DNA from: an uncultured Gammaproteobacteria bacterium | GTDB taxonomy: Bacteria; Patescibacteriota; Microgenomatia; UBA8517 | DNA: 64,000 nucleotides | Direction: 5' to 3' | NCBI GenBank assembly: GCA_964599625.1 | Contig: CAZRGC010000002.1 | Location: 71,883-135,882, forward strand | Shown: positions 32,901-39,175 of the stretch, one piece after another | How the letters are laid out: every line of letters starts with the position of its first letter | Position numbering within the stretch: position 1 is the stretch's first letter | Notes under the pieces: generated by a model | What the model saw: the letters and a program-made list of their open reading frames with translations, nothing else | The model's database searches: none | What the model was told of the DNA's origin: nothing | Position numbers and translations under genes: made by a program

Positions 32901-35900
32901 CCAAAAATATTCCGTTTCCTGTGAAATTGCCGCTATCTCCACCTGTCCCAAGTTTGATTATATTTCCGGATGTTATGGCACTGGCTGTGGCCTCAAATAC
33001 GTTTCCTGTTGTTATTACTGTTGAGTTAAGTTTGGCAATGTCACCATCTGTGTTTTCGATTCCAAACACTTGGAAAGCCGACCCTGTTGCTGTTCCACCA
33101 ATTGCCAAGTCATAAGAGGAGATAGAAGGCGAGATTATCTTGTTGTTTAGCTGCCAATAAGTTGCGTTTACAGGACAGTTGGCACCACTGCTATCACAGA
33201 CATTAAAACCATTTTGTACAAAAGCGTCTGCGTACACATTGTCCCAGGGCAAGGAAGAACTGCCCAAATCATTAGTTCCTGTTGTAGTTATCGGAATTAA
33301 GTCGTTGTCTTGTGCCACTCGTCCCGTGAATGTAATTGTGTCTGTGATTGCGTTTCCAAGAGTTGTATCGCCATTTACAACCAATGCATTATTAACTGTT
33401 GTTGTTCCTGATGCCGCACCCAAGTTAACTACTGTTGCAGCACCTCCAACGTTCAAAGTTGTTGCATTTGAGTTAAAAAGTGTTGCAGTTCCTGTCGAGC
33501 TTGTTGTTAAGTCGGCACCGTTTACCGCTACATCACCTGCAAAAGTTCCTGCATTGGCATTGATGTTTCCGCTTCCGTCGAAATAATAAGTTGTTGCCCC
33601 GCCTACAGAGAAGCCTGCCGACGACTGCAGATAGTTTGCAACACCTGTGAGTGTTATTGAGTTGGGGAGGTTAACGACACCTGTTGTTGTTATGTCACCA
33701 TTTGCTCCAACTGTAAATCTTGTGTTTCCTGCGTTGTCAAATTTAACAAAGTTTCCTGTAAAACTTCCTCCGCCTGTGTTGTCGAAATCTGCGTATATTC
33801 CGTTACCAGTAAAATTCTGATCTCCGCCTTCACCAAGTTTGACCAAGTTCCCCGAAGTTATTGCGGAAGATGTCGCACTCAACACGTTGCCTGTTGTGAT
33901 ACCTGTTGAATTAAGCGTTGCCAAATTGCCGCCAGAAGTTTCCAAAGCGTAGGCTTGGAATTTGGCTGAAGTTGTTGCGGTTCCACCGACTGCCAAATCA
34001 TGTGTAATATTGGCAGGGGAGAGAACTTTGTTGTTAAGTTGCCAATAATTCACGGATGAACTTGCCGGACAGCCCGATCCAGTTATGTCACAGACTGCGT
34101 TACCGTTTTGATACAGGTTTGTTCCGTATATATTTGCCCATTGAAGAGCGCCACTTCCCAAATCATAAGTGTTGTTGGTTATGGGTAAGACGTTTGTGTT
34201 TACTCTTCCCACAAAAGAAATTCCGTCTGTAATGGCATCGCCCAAAGTTGTGTCACCTTTGACCAAGAGAGAATTGTTGAGGGTTGTCGTTCCGGAAATT
34301 GCCCCGATGTTGATTGCAGTTGCAGCACCTGCAAAGTTAACAGTTGTTGAGTTGGTGTTTATTAACGAAAAACTTGTTTCGTCTGTAGTTATCGACGAGC
34401 CATTTACTGCCAATGCATTATTAACTGTTGTTGTTCCGCTGCCTGCACCAATTCCCAAAGTTGATGCATTTGTGAATAAGTTTCCCGTAGTTTGAGTTGT
34501 TGTCAGGTCACCGCCGTTGACCGCAACATCTCCCGCTGCGGTAACATTCCCAGAAGCGTCAACTAAAAAGTTTGTTGCTCCTGCATTATCAAATCTCAAA
34601 AAGTTTCCTGTAAAACTTCCTCCGCCAGTATTGTCAAAATCTGCATAAATTCCATTTCCTGTAAAGTTTTGATTTCCACCCTCGCCGAGTTTGATTATAT
34701 TTCCTGATGTTATGGCACTGGCTGTTGCTTCAAAAACATTTCCTGATGTGATTACACCAGAAGTGATTTTAGCCAGGTTGCCTGTGGTCTTTTCTACTCC
34801 AAACACCTGGAAGGCCGAACCTGTTGCACTTCCTCCAACTGTCAAATCATAAGTGGAATTGGCAGGGGAGAGAACTTTGTTGTTAAGCTGCCACCATCCT
34901 TGAGTTCCGCTTGTAGCCAGTGAGGTGATGCTCCCGGAACAAGTGAAATTTCCGCTGGATCCGTCTAGCGTACAACCTGTGTCTCCGCTTCCACCCGAGA
35001 GTGTTATTACACCAGCGCCTCCGTTTGGACCAATGTTAAGTGTATTGGCAGCGCCTGCAAAATTAATCGTTGTTGCATTTGTGTTAAAAAGTGTGGCACT
35101 CGAAGCACTTGTTGTAAGGTCGCCTCCGTTAACTGCAACATCTCCGCCAAATGTTCCGGCGTTTGCGTTAAGATCTCCGCTTGCAGAAAAGTTGTATGTA
35201 TCACTTCCTCCAACAGATACACCCTGAGATAATCTTAGGAAGTTGCTAACGCCTGTGATTGTGTTTGTGTTGGGGAAGGTAAATGTCCCAACAGTTGTAA
35301 GGTTGGCTCCATTTGCTGTTAGGGCGGCCACACCCCTGGAATTTATGTTGATATTACCTGTTGTTGATCCACCCAAAGTCAGGTCCGACATGTTTGTTGT
35401 TGCAAGATTGCCATTGCCAGTCAGATATGTGGCAACATTAGCGACAGATCCAGCAATGCTTGCGGTGGGAGTTCCTCCGTTAACTCCTGTAAACGCAAAC
35501 TTTGCGGAGCTTGTGGCATTTGAACCTATGAGAACATCTACTGAATTATTTTTGGGGAAGAGGGCTCCGTTTGTTTGTGTCCAGAATATTGAAGCTGCAG
35601 CCGCTGCAGAAGGGTCAACCCAAGACAAAGCCCCGGCACCGTCAGTTTGCAAAATATAACCTGAACTTTGCGAACCAGGCCAGGTGTAGGGGATTCCGCC
35701 AAAAGTTGTAGTACCACTTACAACCAGATTGTTATTTATTGTTGTACTTCCGGTTCCAGCTCCAAGGCTTAGTGACGTTGCGCCACCGCCAATGTTTAAA
35801 GCTGTCACCCCTGAGTTCAGTAAGTTAAATGTTCCCGATGTTGAAGTTATGTCGCCGCCGTTTACCGCCAAATCGCCTGCTGTTGTTGTATTGCCGTTTG

Positions 35901-38097
35901 CAACATTAACACTGAAGTTTGCACCGCCAACTGTGAGGTTTGCACCCGTAACGTCGACACCGCTTGTTGCGTCTACATTCCCGGCGATTGTTACTTGGCC
36001 TGTTGAATTAAGGCTTATTTCACCTGTTCCGCTTGTTGAAAGTGTTAACCCGGCAGTTGCTATGTCAGTGTTTGCGTCCAATGTCAGATTGTCTTTAAGC
36101 TGCGCAAAATCAAACGAATCGTTTGCAACTGAAACGTTTCCGGAAGAAACTGTAAAAAAGTTGGGGTCAAACGAGGCCACACCCACAGTGGATGTTGTAG
36201 CATTTGACCCTGTTACTGTAAGGGTGCTTCCTGATTGGGAAGTTGTGATTCCGTTTGATCCCGCAATTGTTTGGGTTCCGCCCAAGGCCACAGCTGACGA
36301 GCCGCTGTCACCCGCAAAAGTTATAGAGTTATTGGCGAGTTCGCTATTGGCAACACATCCAGTACAAGTTATTTCGGATGCTGTTATCGTTCCTGTTCCA
36401 GAGAAGGTGAGTGAGGATCCTGTTCCCACAACCATAGCTGCAGCTGTATTGGTTCCACTTGTCAGGTCTGCAAAAGAACCGGAAAAAGAACTGGTGCCTG
36501 TTGCTACCAATACCCAAGTTGCGCCGTCCCAGTAATAAATTTTGTCATCTCCGGAGTTGTAAACAATCGAACCTTCGCCAATTGCCGAAGGATTTGTTGT
36601 GAATCTGCCGAGTTGCAACTGCCCGTTAAAGATTGCGTTTCCTGTGTTTACTTTAAGCGCGGCCGCGTCGTTCCAGCCGTCATATCTATTGAGCACAAGT
36701 GTTGAGTAGCTTGAGTTTGCAGTGGTTGGTTTTCCTCTTTCATCAAGTGTCAAAGTCATTAAGTCGTTGAGCGCTCCGCCGGTAGCTGGCTTTTTGACTA
36801 TCGAGGCATATTCTCCGGCTCCTTGGTTTATTGTGAAGTTGCCAGAGTTTTGGGAGTATCCTGTTATGTTTTCCAGAGCACCGGCGCCTGTTAGTCTTTG
36901 TACGCCGCCTGTTGATATGTCGTTTTTAACTAGTAAATCGTCGCCAACTGTCAGGTCCCCGGCGGTAAAAGTGTTTCCAACCGCGTCTATCGTGAACTTG
37001 GATGTCATTTTGGGGGAGCCTGACTGAAGGTTCATCAAGTAATAACCAGTTGAGTTGTTTGGAACCATTCCGTAATAGAGTGATCCACTCGTTAGGTTGG
37101 GACCTTGTACATTCAAAAGGTCGCCTTTGTTGGCTTCAAACAAAAAGTGAACATATCCTTTGCCGTCAGGATTTACTTCAATGTTTCCGTCGCTTCCGTC
37201 TGCTGTTTTAATTGTCACCGCCTGACCTTCCATTAAGAAGTTGCCAGTCTTGGCTTTGATTGCGGGGGATTCACCTGCAAGCATTAATGCGCCATCGCTA
37301 TTGATTATGGGAACTGTCAGTGGACCGGCACCAACTGAAGGTTCAGCCGCCAAATAACCATTGAGGTTTGTAGAGGTATTGGCAGTGTTAACAGGAATTC
37401 TCATAACTCCAGATGAAGAACCAATTGATGGTTCCAAAAACAGTTTGTCGTTTTTGAAAAAAAGATCTGTTGGAACTTGATCCAAAGATATCAAAGCAGA
37501 ACCATTTGCATCAGTTTTTATCTGTTGAGCTGGGGATGAATAAAGTTCTGCACCTCCTGCAGATTGATTGTAAAGTTTGAAGGAGAGTGTTTCTGTGCCA
37601 ACTCTTGGGCTCCCGTTTGAATCTGTTAATGTCAGCTTTGCAAAAAGATTCCAGTAAGAATTAACCGCAGTATTTGCGGAAATGGCAATTGGCGAGCTTG
37701 ATGGGGATGGGGCAGCTGGGTTTACTGTAACAGTCTGCACTCTTGTATTCGGAACAGACTCGGCAGCGGGTGTAATTGTGAAGGGGATTGCGAATTGCAA
37801 CTTCCAAGTAAGAAGAAACAAAACAACAATTAAAGCACCGGTAAGAGTAAGTGTCATGAATACTCTTGGGTTTTTTTTCTTTGCGGGGGTAACGATTGTG
37901 TAGGGATTTGAATTCTCCACAACCGGCTTTGGTTGACTCAATGGATTGGAATCAATGTGACCTTGATTTTGAGCCCAGTCAAAAAATCTGTTAAGTGAAA
38001 TCTGTTTTCTCTTGAGTGTTGCAGCAGAAGAATTTTTCCCAATCTGTTCTTGATAGGCTTTTACTAATTCGGGTGATACGTTGGGTAGTTTTGCCAT
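20914..38097 (-). CDS. Giant (5727 aa) membrane-anchored tail-fibre-like repeat protein with N-terminal integrase core-binding half-domain and LamG domain
   Basis: 17184-bp ORF; N-term SAATLKRKQISLNRFFDWA...NPL; TM at about aa 79-100; G/T/S/N-rich repeats; LamG at about 24200-24930; C-term FNWWIV. Confidence 0.9.
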   Translation of the reverse strand: MAKLPNVSPELVKAYQEQIGKNSSAATLKRKQISLNRFFDWAQNQGHIDSNPLSQPKPVVENSNPYTIVTPAKKKNPRVFMTLTLTGALIVVLFLLTWKLQFAIPFTITPAAESVPNTRVQTVTVNPAAPSPSSSPIAISANTAVNSYWNLFAKLTLTDSNGSPRVGTETLSFKLYNQSAGGAELYSSPAQQIKTDANGSALISLDQVPTDLFFKNDKLFLEPSIGSSSGVMRIPVNTANTSTNLNGYLAAEPSVGAGPLTVPIINSDGALMLAGESPAIKAKTGNFLMEGQAVTIKTADGSDGNIEVNPDGKGYVHFLFEANKGDLLNVQGPNLTSGSLYYGMVPNNSTGYYLMNLQSGSPKMTSKFTIDAVGNTFTAGDLTVGDDLLVKNDISTGGVQRLTGAGALENITGYSQNSGNFTINQGAGEYASIVKKPATGGALNDLMTLTLDERGKPTTANSSYSTLVLNRYDGWNDAAALKVNTGNAIFNGQLQLGRFTTNPSAIGEGSIVYNSGDDKIYYWDGATWVLVATGTSSFSGSFADLTSGTNTAAAMVVGTGSSLTFSGTGTITASEITCTGCVANSELANNSITFAGDSGSSAVALGGTQTIAGSNGITTSQSGSTLTVTGSNATTSTVGVASFDPNFFTVSSGNVSVANDSFDFAQLKDNLTLDANTDIATAGLTLSTSGTGEISLNSTGQVTIAGNVDATSGVDVTGANLTVGGANFSVNVANGNTTTAGDLAVNGGDITSTSGTFNLLNSGVTALNIGGGATSLSLGAGTGSTTINNNLVVSGTTTFGGIPYTWPGSQSSGYILQTDGAGALSWVDPSAAAAASIFWTQTNGALFPKNNSVDVLIGSNATSSAKFAFTGVNGGTPTASIAGSVANVATYLTGNGNLATTNMSDLTLGGSTTGNININSRGVAALTANGANLTTVGTFTFPNTNTITGVSNFLRLSQGVSVGGSDTYNFSASGDLNANAGTFGGDVAVNGGDLTTSASSATLFNTNATTINFAGAANTLNIGPNGGAGVITLSGGSGDTGCTLDGSSGNFTCSGSITSLATSGTQGWWQLNNKVLSPANSTYDLTVGGSATGSAFQVFGVEKTTGNLAKITSGVITSGNVFEATASAITSGNIIKLGEGGNQNFTGNGIYADFDNTGGGSFTGNFLRFDNAGATNFLVDASGNVTAAGDVAVNGGDLTTTQTTGNLFTNASTLGIGAGSGTTTVNNALAVNGSSITTDETSFSLINTNSTTVNFAGAATAINIGAISGTTTLNNSLLVKGDTTLGDAITDGISFVGRVNTNVLPITNNTYDLGSGALQWANIYGTNLYQNGNAVCDITGSGCPASSSVNYWQLNNKVLSPANITHDLAVGGTATTSAKFQAYALETSGGNLATLNSTGITTGNVLSATSSAITSGNLVKLGEGGDQNFTGNGIYADFDNTGGGSFTGNFVKFDNAGNTRFTVGANGDITTTGVVNLPNSITLTGVANYLQSSAGFSVGGATTYYFDGSGNINANAGTFAGDVAVNGADLTTSSTGTATLFNSNATTLNVGGAATVVNLGAASGTTTVNNALVVNGDTTLGNAITDTITFTGRVAQDNDLIPITTTGTNDLGSSSLPWDNVYADAFVQNGFNVCDSSGANCPVNATYWQLNNKIISPSISSYDLAIGGTATGSAFQVFGIENTDGDIAKLNSTVITTGNVFEATASAITSGNIIKLGTGGDSGNFTGNGIFLDFDNAGGSSFTGNFLRFDNAGSTRFTVDASGNMTAAGDVAANSGNLTTTSSTANVFNTNATALNIGAAATTISIGNTSGTTTINNASTVVAGNLTVQGTTGITESGTGADITFSGSGTHSITNSNSASVFTIDSGNAANLQLNNSSTGDVEIAGGSGTTGCTIANATGNLTCSGDVAVNGGDLTTTQTTANLFTNATTLGIGAGSGTTTVNNTLSVNGGTLTTNQTSFNLVNSTATTINFAGAATTLNIGPTGSSGTVVISGGSGDTGCTLDGTTGNFTCSGNITSTATSGTQGWWQLANKVLSPANSTYDLTVGGSATGSAFQVFGIENTGGDIAKLNSTVITTGNVFEATASAITTGNLVKLGTGGDGHSFSGNAIFADLDNAGGGNFTGNFLRFDNSGSTVFTVDSNGNLTSAGDVAVNGGDLTTNQTTANVFLNATTLGLGAGSGTTTVNNALSVTGSTNLNGDSVFGNAITDTITFTGRVAQDSDLIPITTTGTNDLGSGSLPWDNVYADAFVQNGNAVCDASGANCPAGAGYWNQSLGALFPTNNSTDLLIGGNATTSAKFAFTNVASGVPTATIAGSVANVATYLTGNGNLATTNMSDLTLGGSTTGNVVINSRGSAALTANGANLTATGTFTLPNSNTLTGVSGYIQNSAGYSVGGGTTYRFDGSGNIVANDIAANGGNITTTAGTANLLNTNATTINFAGAATTLNIGPTGSSGLVAISGGSGDTGCTLDGTTGNFTCSGNITSTATSGTQGWWQLANKVLSPANSTYDLTVGSNATGAAFQVFGIENAGGDIAKLNSSAITTGNVFEATASAITTGNLVKLGTGGDGHAFSGNGIFMDFDNAGGGNFTGNFLRFDNSGSTVFTVDSSGNVTAAGDVAVNGGDLTTSQTTANIFTNASTLGIGAGSGTTTVNNGLSVTGNTTLNGDSTLGNAITDTITFTGRVAQDVDLIPITTTGTNDLGSGSLPWDNIYGVNLFQNGNAVCDASGNNCPAGAGYWAQALGALYNVNNTVDLLVGSNATSSAKFAFINVASGVPTASVSGSVADVATYLTGNGNLATTNMSDLTLGGSETGNVVINSRGSVALTANGANLTATGTFTLPNSNSLTGVSGYLQNSAGYSVGGGTTFHFDSSGNIVASDVAVNGGDITSSGALNITPTGALVAGVTTQPITLQGSTASLTSNGAGNDISLTSADQIILNAGTSVEIVDNTNITGDLDVSGTLTSGTGNAFQVDANGNLSSTGTTGLTLTGADSDITFATGASNHDITATAGTLRLGAFTLLGAITGNNQNVTGLGDLSVNGNTTLGDAITDTITFTGRVAQDVDLIPITTTGTNDLGSASLPWDNVYGVAFTQNGFGVCDASGNNCPAGSLYWQLNNKIISPANSTYDLTIGGTATGSAFQVFGVETASGDIAKLNSTVITSGNVFEATASAITTGNLVKLGTGGDNGNFTGNGIFMDFDNTGGSSFTGNFLRFDNAGATQFTVNSAGNISTLGDAAINGGDITSSGALNITPGGALVIGATGQTTTLQGSVVNVTANGAGNDLTLTSSDQVILVSGSTIELQDNTNVTGNLDISGTLTSGTGDAFQIDANGNISSTGTTGITLTGADSDFTFATGAGNHDITASSGTLRLGALTLTGAITGNNQNVTDLGDLSVNGNTTLGDAITDTITFTGRVAQDVDLIPITTTGTNDLGSGSLPWDNVYANAFTQNGFAVCDSSGANCPAGASHWALLNQTLYPSNQTYDVVVGGNSTSSAKFLAYGIENTNGGIAKLNSSVITTGNVFEATASAITTGNLVKLGSGGDGHAFSGNAIFADLDNAGGGNFSGNFLRFDNSGTTYYTVDSTGNVSLAGTTGQTFTGAAAGISFTGTGIHSISNSQSGSILRLDSGNSSALQLNNISAGDVEIAGGSASTGCTIANSTGNLTCTGDVAVNGGDLTTTQTTANLFTNASTLGIGAGSGTTTVNNALAVNGASITTDETSFSLLNATTTTLNFAGAATTLNIGPTGSGTASIVFEGGSGDTGCTMDGANGNLTCSGAITTTATSGTQGWWQLANKVLSPANSTYDLTVGGNATGSAFQVFGIENAIGDIAKINSTVVTTGNIFEATASAITSGNIIKLGQAGPANFTGNGLSFDFDNTGGGSFTGNFIYATNSLATMFIVDASGNVTANGDLAVNGSDITTTGSGPATIFNTNATSLSLGGAATTALNIGNGSGNYSAINIGSGNGDNTVNVATGTGNNSVNISTGGTGTNNVAIGGETGTTNLIVTSGSDTSDITTIYGLGLTSGNFLAMRSDDNRTAFAWNDQDTNIAGQKDQTQIANLTDTFVYDTTQDPDGGLWRNDERAKGSSWYNEASGATRGSRREFPEKAILVSTTTALYIYDAKDNSLWMEFDKGSGVTEQMIGATTSSTGSSTFGLNGKIYYTANSSSGALFVIDFKVDRAQKFNSTNDFYSDKNIANRNTTVTWTSGPSSPIADSAANDVHARTYRGKTYVAVATDTGVSVINETDNVVYSYSDATNDDYNTALISQTGDMYALNETSQQLERWNSVVTDSASELNGTPDNVWDETGVKIAGAGAVAGPYLFASAQTINVSPSDLAVTTGTSKIDGKSDTIFVGHNGGLTVIDDKKGDESNGSAKYYNSSYISEQMIGDIRGSWTFNGSGTIADNANATDVSVKGNVLDADNANGTGFTYASGVRGTGVTLDNTDDFFCSDANNDNTCDTDSDYDFGTGSFSVSTWFKHSVSAPPAAPNDDVIIDHTYNTTPAAVLGWKIWMNSAGTITFGIDDDATWTNADPTDDQATTSRTFLDNSWHHLVAVKDSTNAIYLYIDGELAASDVSLTATGTLTGTGVILGVGADCSTGAACATGANFWNGDLDELTITAEAMTVSQIKKMYQVGQRALSSHNASAIANVTADNYQRLMGNASGGTSTSNRVMSVGIDSGSQFIYAGINDASGNTGGVTVVGIDSDSAVDLYDNTANTTKDSDNSTQYSANDVISLSVAGFPCIAYNSGSSSCDTKATLSIAGIDGSGNNQAWMETTNTSLYSTLATLTSPNQTKNAVTVNNVFQVYNNYNNITNTTTGEVIQTPAMSVDSNGNFTYNYFGPSTSANAMTYTDSANLTTGDLFNIVASNALTTGNVIDINSAVYTQTAANTGSLVNLALSNTSSNTSGNSIVNGLNITGTLNTTGATGTKEFNMFNVSAPTLTGCTGGTCAYSGLKVSPASAGSGITEYGINIANLSGAGAGTETALSIGSGWDTDIALVDTSPIITIGDGGTLSLTDGTNTLAQLYDAGTAGVLGVSKNLLVGTVTGLTTRTFSRFSTADTTSDHALSTAGDVLINGNLEVDTGLYLDGKNIYNTNGTATIVLCTGQSGAACATTSALENTLSAGSWVIDNQSNVGEPALAVNNGKGGDLIVASAGGVLRFRVATNGDVFLGDNSGTDLTVGGGTGKIDVGTVDPPYTINGKKYATYLASMIGVKEEVSGSTQTTEYLPGVGYRTVIDFNAQPEGSDLWLFGKTTNMNENIGKLTALLTPNFPTKTWYEVDQSNKRVNIYSAMPAQISYRLTGPRFDAANWLNTRTEGVAGFIINNADIVTNFAENIQAARLGDFVIEKVSDGMGIATYSLKNASGQVIDGIESIGNFVAANIKTGALQAEEIATQTINATQISAQDMLISMGLIAPDFKTKLIAPLAEETDITVQIGSATESGRLAITNAQNEEVASISSTGDATFSGELYARNIHSENLDQIRDILTQVQEDQALLSESQNWNTSTSTASGSFGQLATADLYVTNQAALNSLSVTQTATIGNDLVIASTGINTLSEPLKIQDLALAPVEIMAGLVTIDTSGNVAIAGNLDVAGTVSTSTLAVKDISGNQVSSIDASGSATFASVNVSQIIVAGAQDATNSAVVNGEIHTNSTVGKGVLPANSADITIRNPKVNDYTFVYITPTSNTQNNVLYIKEKGNGYFKVGFTSPIPEDTNFNWWIVQTE
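27797..29035. repeat. Near-identical intragenic direct repeats
   Basis: 171 bp at 27797-27967 and 28865-29035 (1 mismatch); 91 bp of it recurs at 29993-30083. Confidence 0.85.
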
Positions 38098-38103
38098 ATA
38101 TTT

Positions 38104-38628
38104 TTAGTTTCTGATTTCGAAATTTCCTTTGTTCTCATCCATCCAGGCAAGAAATTGTTTGACATCCGAAAGATAGTTTTTGAGTGTGCTTGAACTTACT
38201 TTTTCAGCCTCCAAAAAGGCTTTAAAATCATCAACTATATCAAAAGACATCTTTGGGCTTGGAGTTGATTTTTGTATGGGGGAAATATTTTCTACGCCTT
38301 GTGTAAAATCGTAGTTGGCAATTTGGGTGGCAACCATAAATCTAGCAAAATGACGAAGTGTTGAAAGTCTTCTATTGATTGATCCAACAGGCTGATTATT
38401 TTCTGACATGTAGCTTTTATATTCCTGGGCAATGTTTTGGTTAAGGAAGGGAACGGCTTCTGTTAGGGACTCAACATAAGATCCCAAAGACCTGATTTTA
38501 AGAATTAACCAGCCGGTGAAATGTGACAAATCGCTTCTGTAGTTTTTGTGAGATTTTGGAGAAACGCCCAAAGTGTCAAGGTATTTTGAAAACTCTTTTT
38601 TGACGATGTCGTTATCAAATTTGGGCAT
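38104..38628 (-). CDS. Phage-integrase/XerD N-terminal SAM-like (core-binding) domain protein, no catalytic domain
   Basis: FSKYL...SPKSHKNYRSDLSHF...SINRRLSTLRHF, then the start of a second copy FKAFL..EKVSSSTLKNYLSDVKQFLAW. Confidence 0.88.
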   Translation of the reverse strand: MPKFDNDIVKKEFSKYLDTLGVSPKSHKNYRSDLSHFTGWLILKIRSLGSYVESLTEAVPFLNQNIAQEYKSYMSENNQPVGSINRRLSTLRHFARFMVATQIANYDFTQGVENISPIQKSTPSPKMSFDIVDDFKAFLEAEKVSSSTLKNYLSDVKQFLAWMDENKGNFEIRN

Positions 38629-38671
38629 TTTGTAATTATGGCTAAATTAGACGAATTATACTGATTAGACT

Positions 38672-38700
38672 ATTATTAAAAAGCTACGGGAGGCTGTCAA
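38672..38700 (-). promoter_or_regulatory. Sigma70-type promoter of the core-binding/giant-protein unit
   Basis: Minus strand TTGACA-17 nt-AATAAT. Confidence 0.6.
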
Positions 38701-39023
38701 GAGGCTGTTTGCTATTCAAAAAAGCTATCACGTTACCTTTATTTTCACAGTGTATGTAGTATAATTACCGCATGGTTTTTACGCATAAATTTCGATACAT
38801 GATATATTTTGAAATACCCGTATAACATGCGAATAAGGCTATTTTTTTGATTTTTCGTAGGCACAAAGTCAATTTTGCGGAAAACCGCGGTTAATTTGAG
38901 AAAAGAAAAAAGTTTGCGGAAAAGGAGGCTGTTAACCTCCAAATCCGAAAGTTTTGTTGCCTTGCCACTATAAACACTACAGGTCGATGTTTTGTATTTG
39001 GTTACGCTTGATAAATAATGTAA

Positions 39024-39050
39024 TTAGCAATCGCCAATTGCGACTGCTAA
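39024..39050. promoter_or_regulatory. CIRCE-like (HrcA) operator
   Basis: TTAGCAATC-N9-GACTGCTAA vs consensus TTAGCACTC-N9-GAGTGCTAA (one mismatch per arm). Confidence 0.5.
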
Positions 39051-39140
39051 TAAAAAATGATAGCAATTCGTTCCGAAAACTGGGGAATTATTTTAAAAAT
39101 GAAGCTGTTTTTTGTTAGGCTCAAAAAAAACTTTTAAATG

Positions 39141-39168
39141 TTGATTTTTTTGCGTCAAATACTACAAT
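39141..39168 (+). promoter_or_regulatory. leuS promoter (leaderless geometry)
   Basis: TTGATT-16 nt-TACAAT, 7 nt before ATG 39176, no SD. Confidence 0.55.
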
Positions 39169-39175
39169 TTCTACT

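Noticed and set aside
26300-35600. CRISPR array or DGR template/variable repeats
   Set aside because: Repeats are long, in-frame coding modules with no spacers; no reverse transcriptase or cas gene in the window
21068-37903. Many plus-strand ORFs (up to 268 aa) opposite the 5727-aa gene
   Set aside because: Antisense shadows of G/T/S/N-biased codons; V/P/L-rich and repetitive
38104-38628. Active integrase or prophage boundary
   Set aside because: No catalytic R-H-R-Y domain, no tRNA/att site, no capsid, terminase or portal genes
38629-39175. oriC or RNA gene in the long intergenic region; 65-aa ORF 38745..38942
   Set aside because: No TTATCCACA boxes or tRNA fold seen; the ORF has no recognisable features
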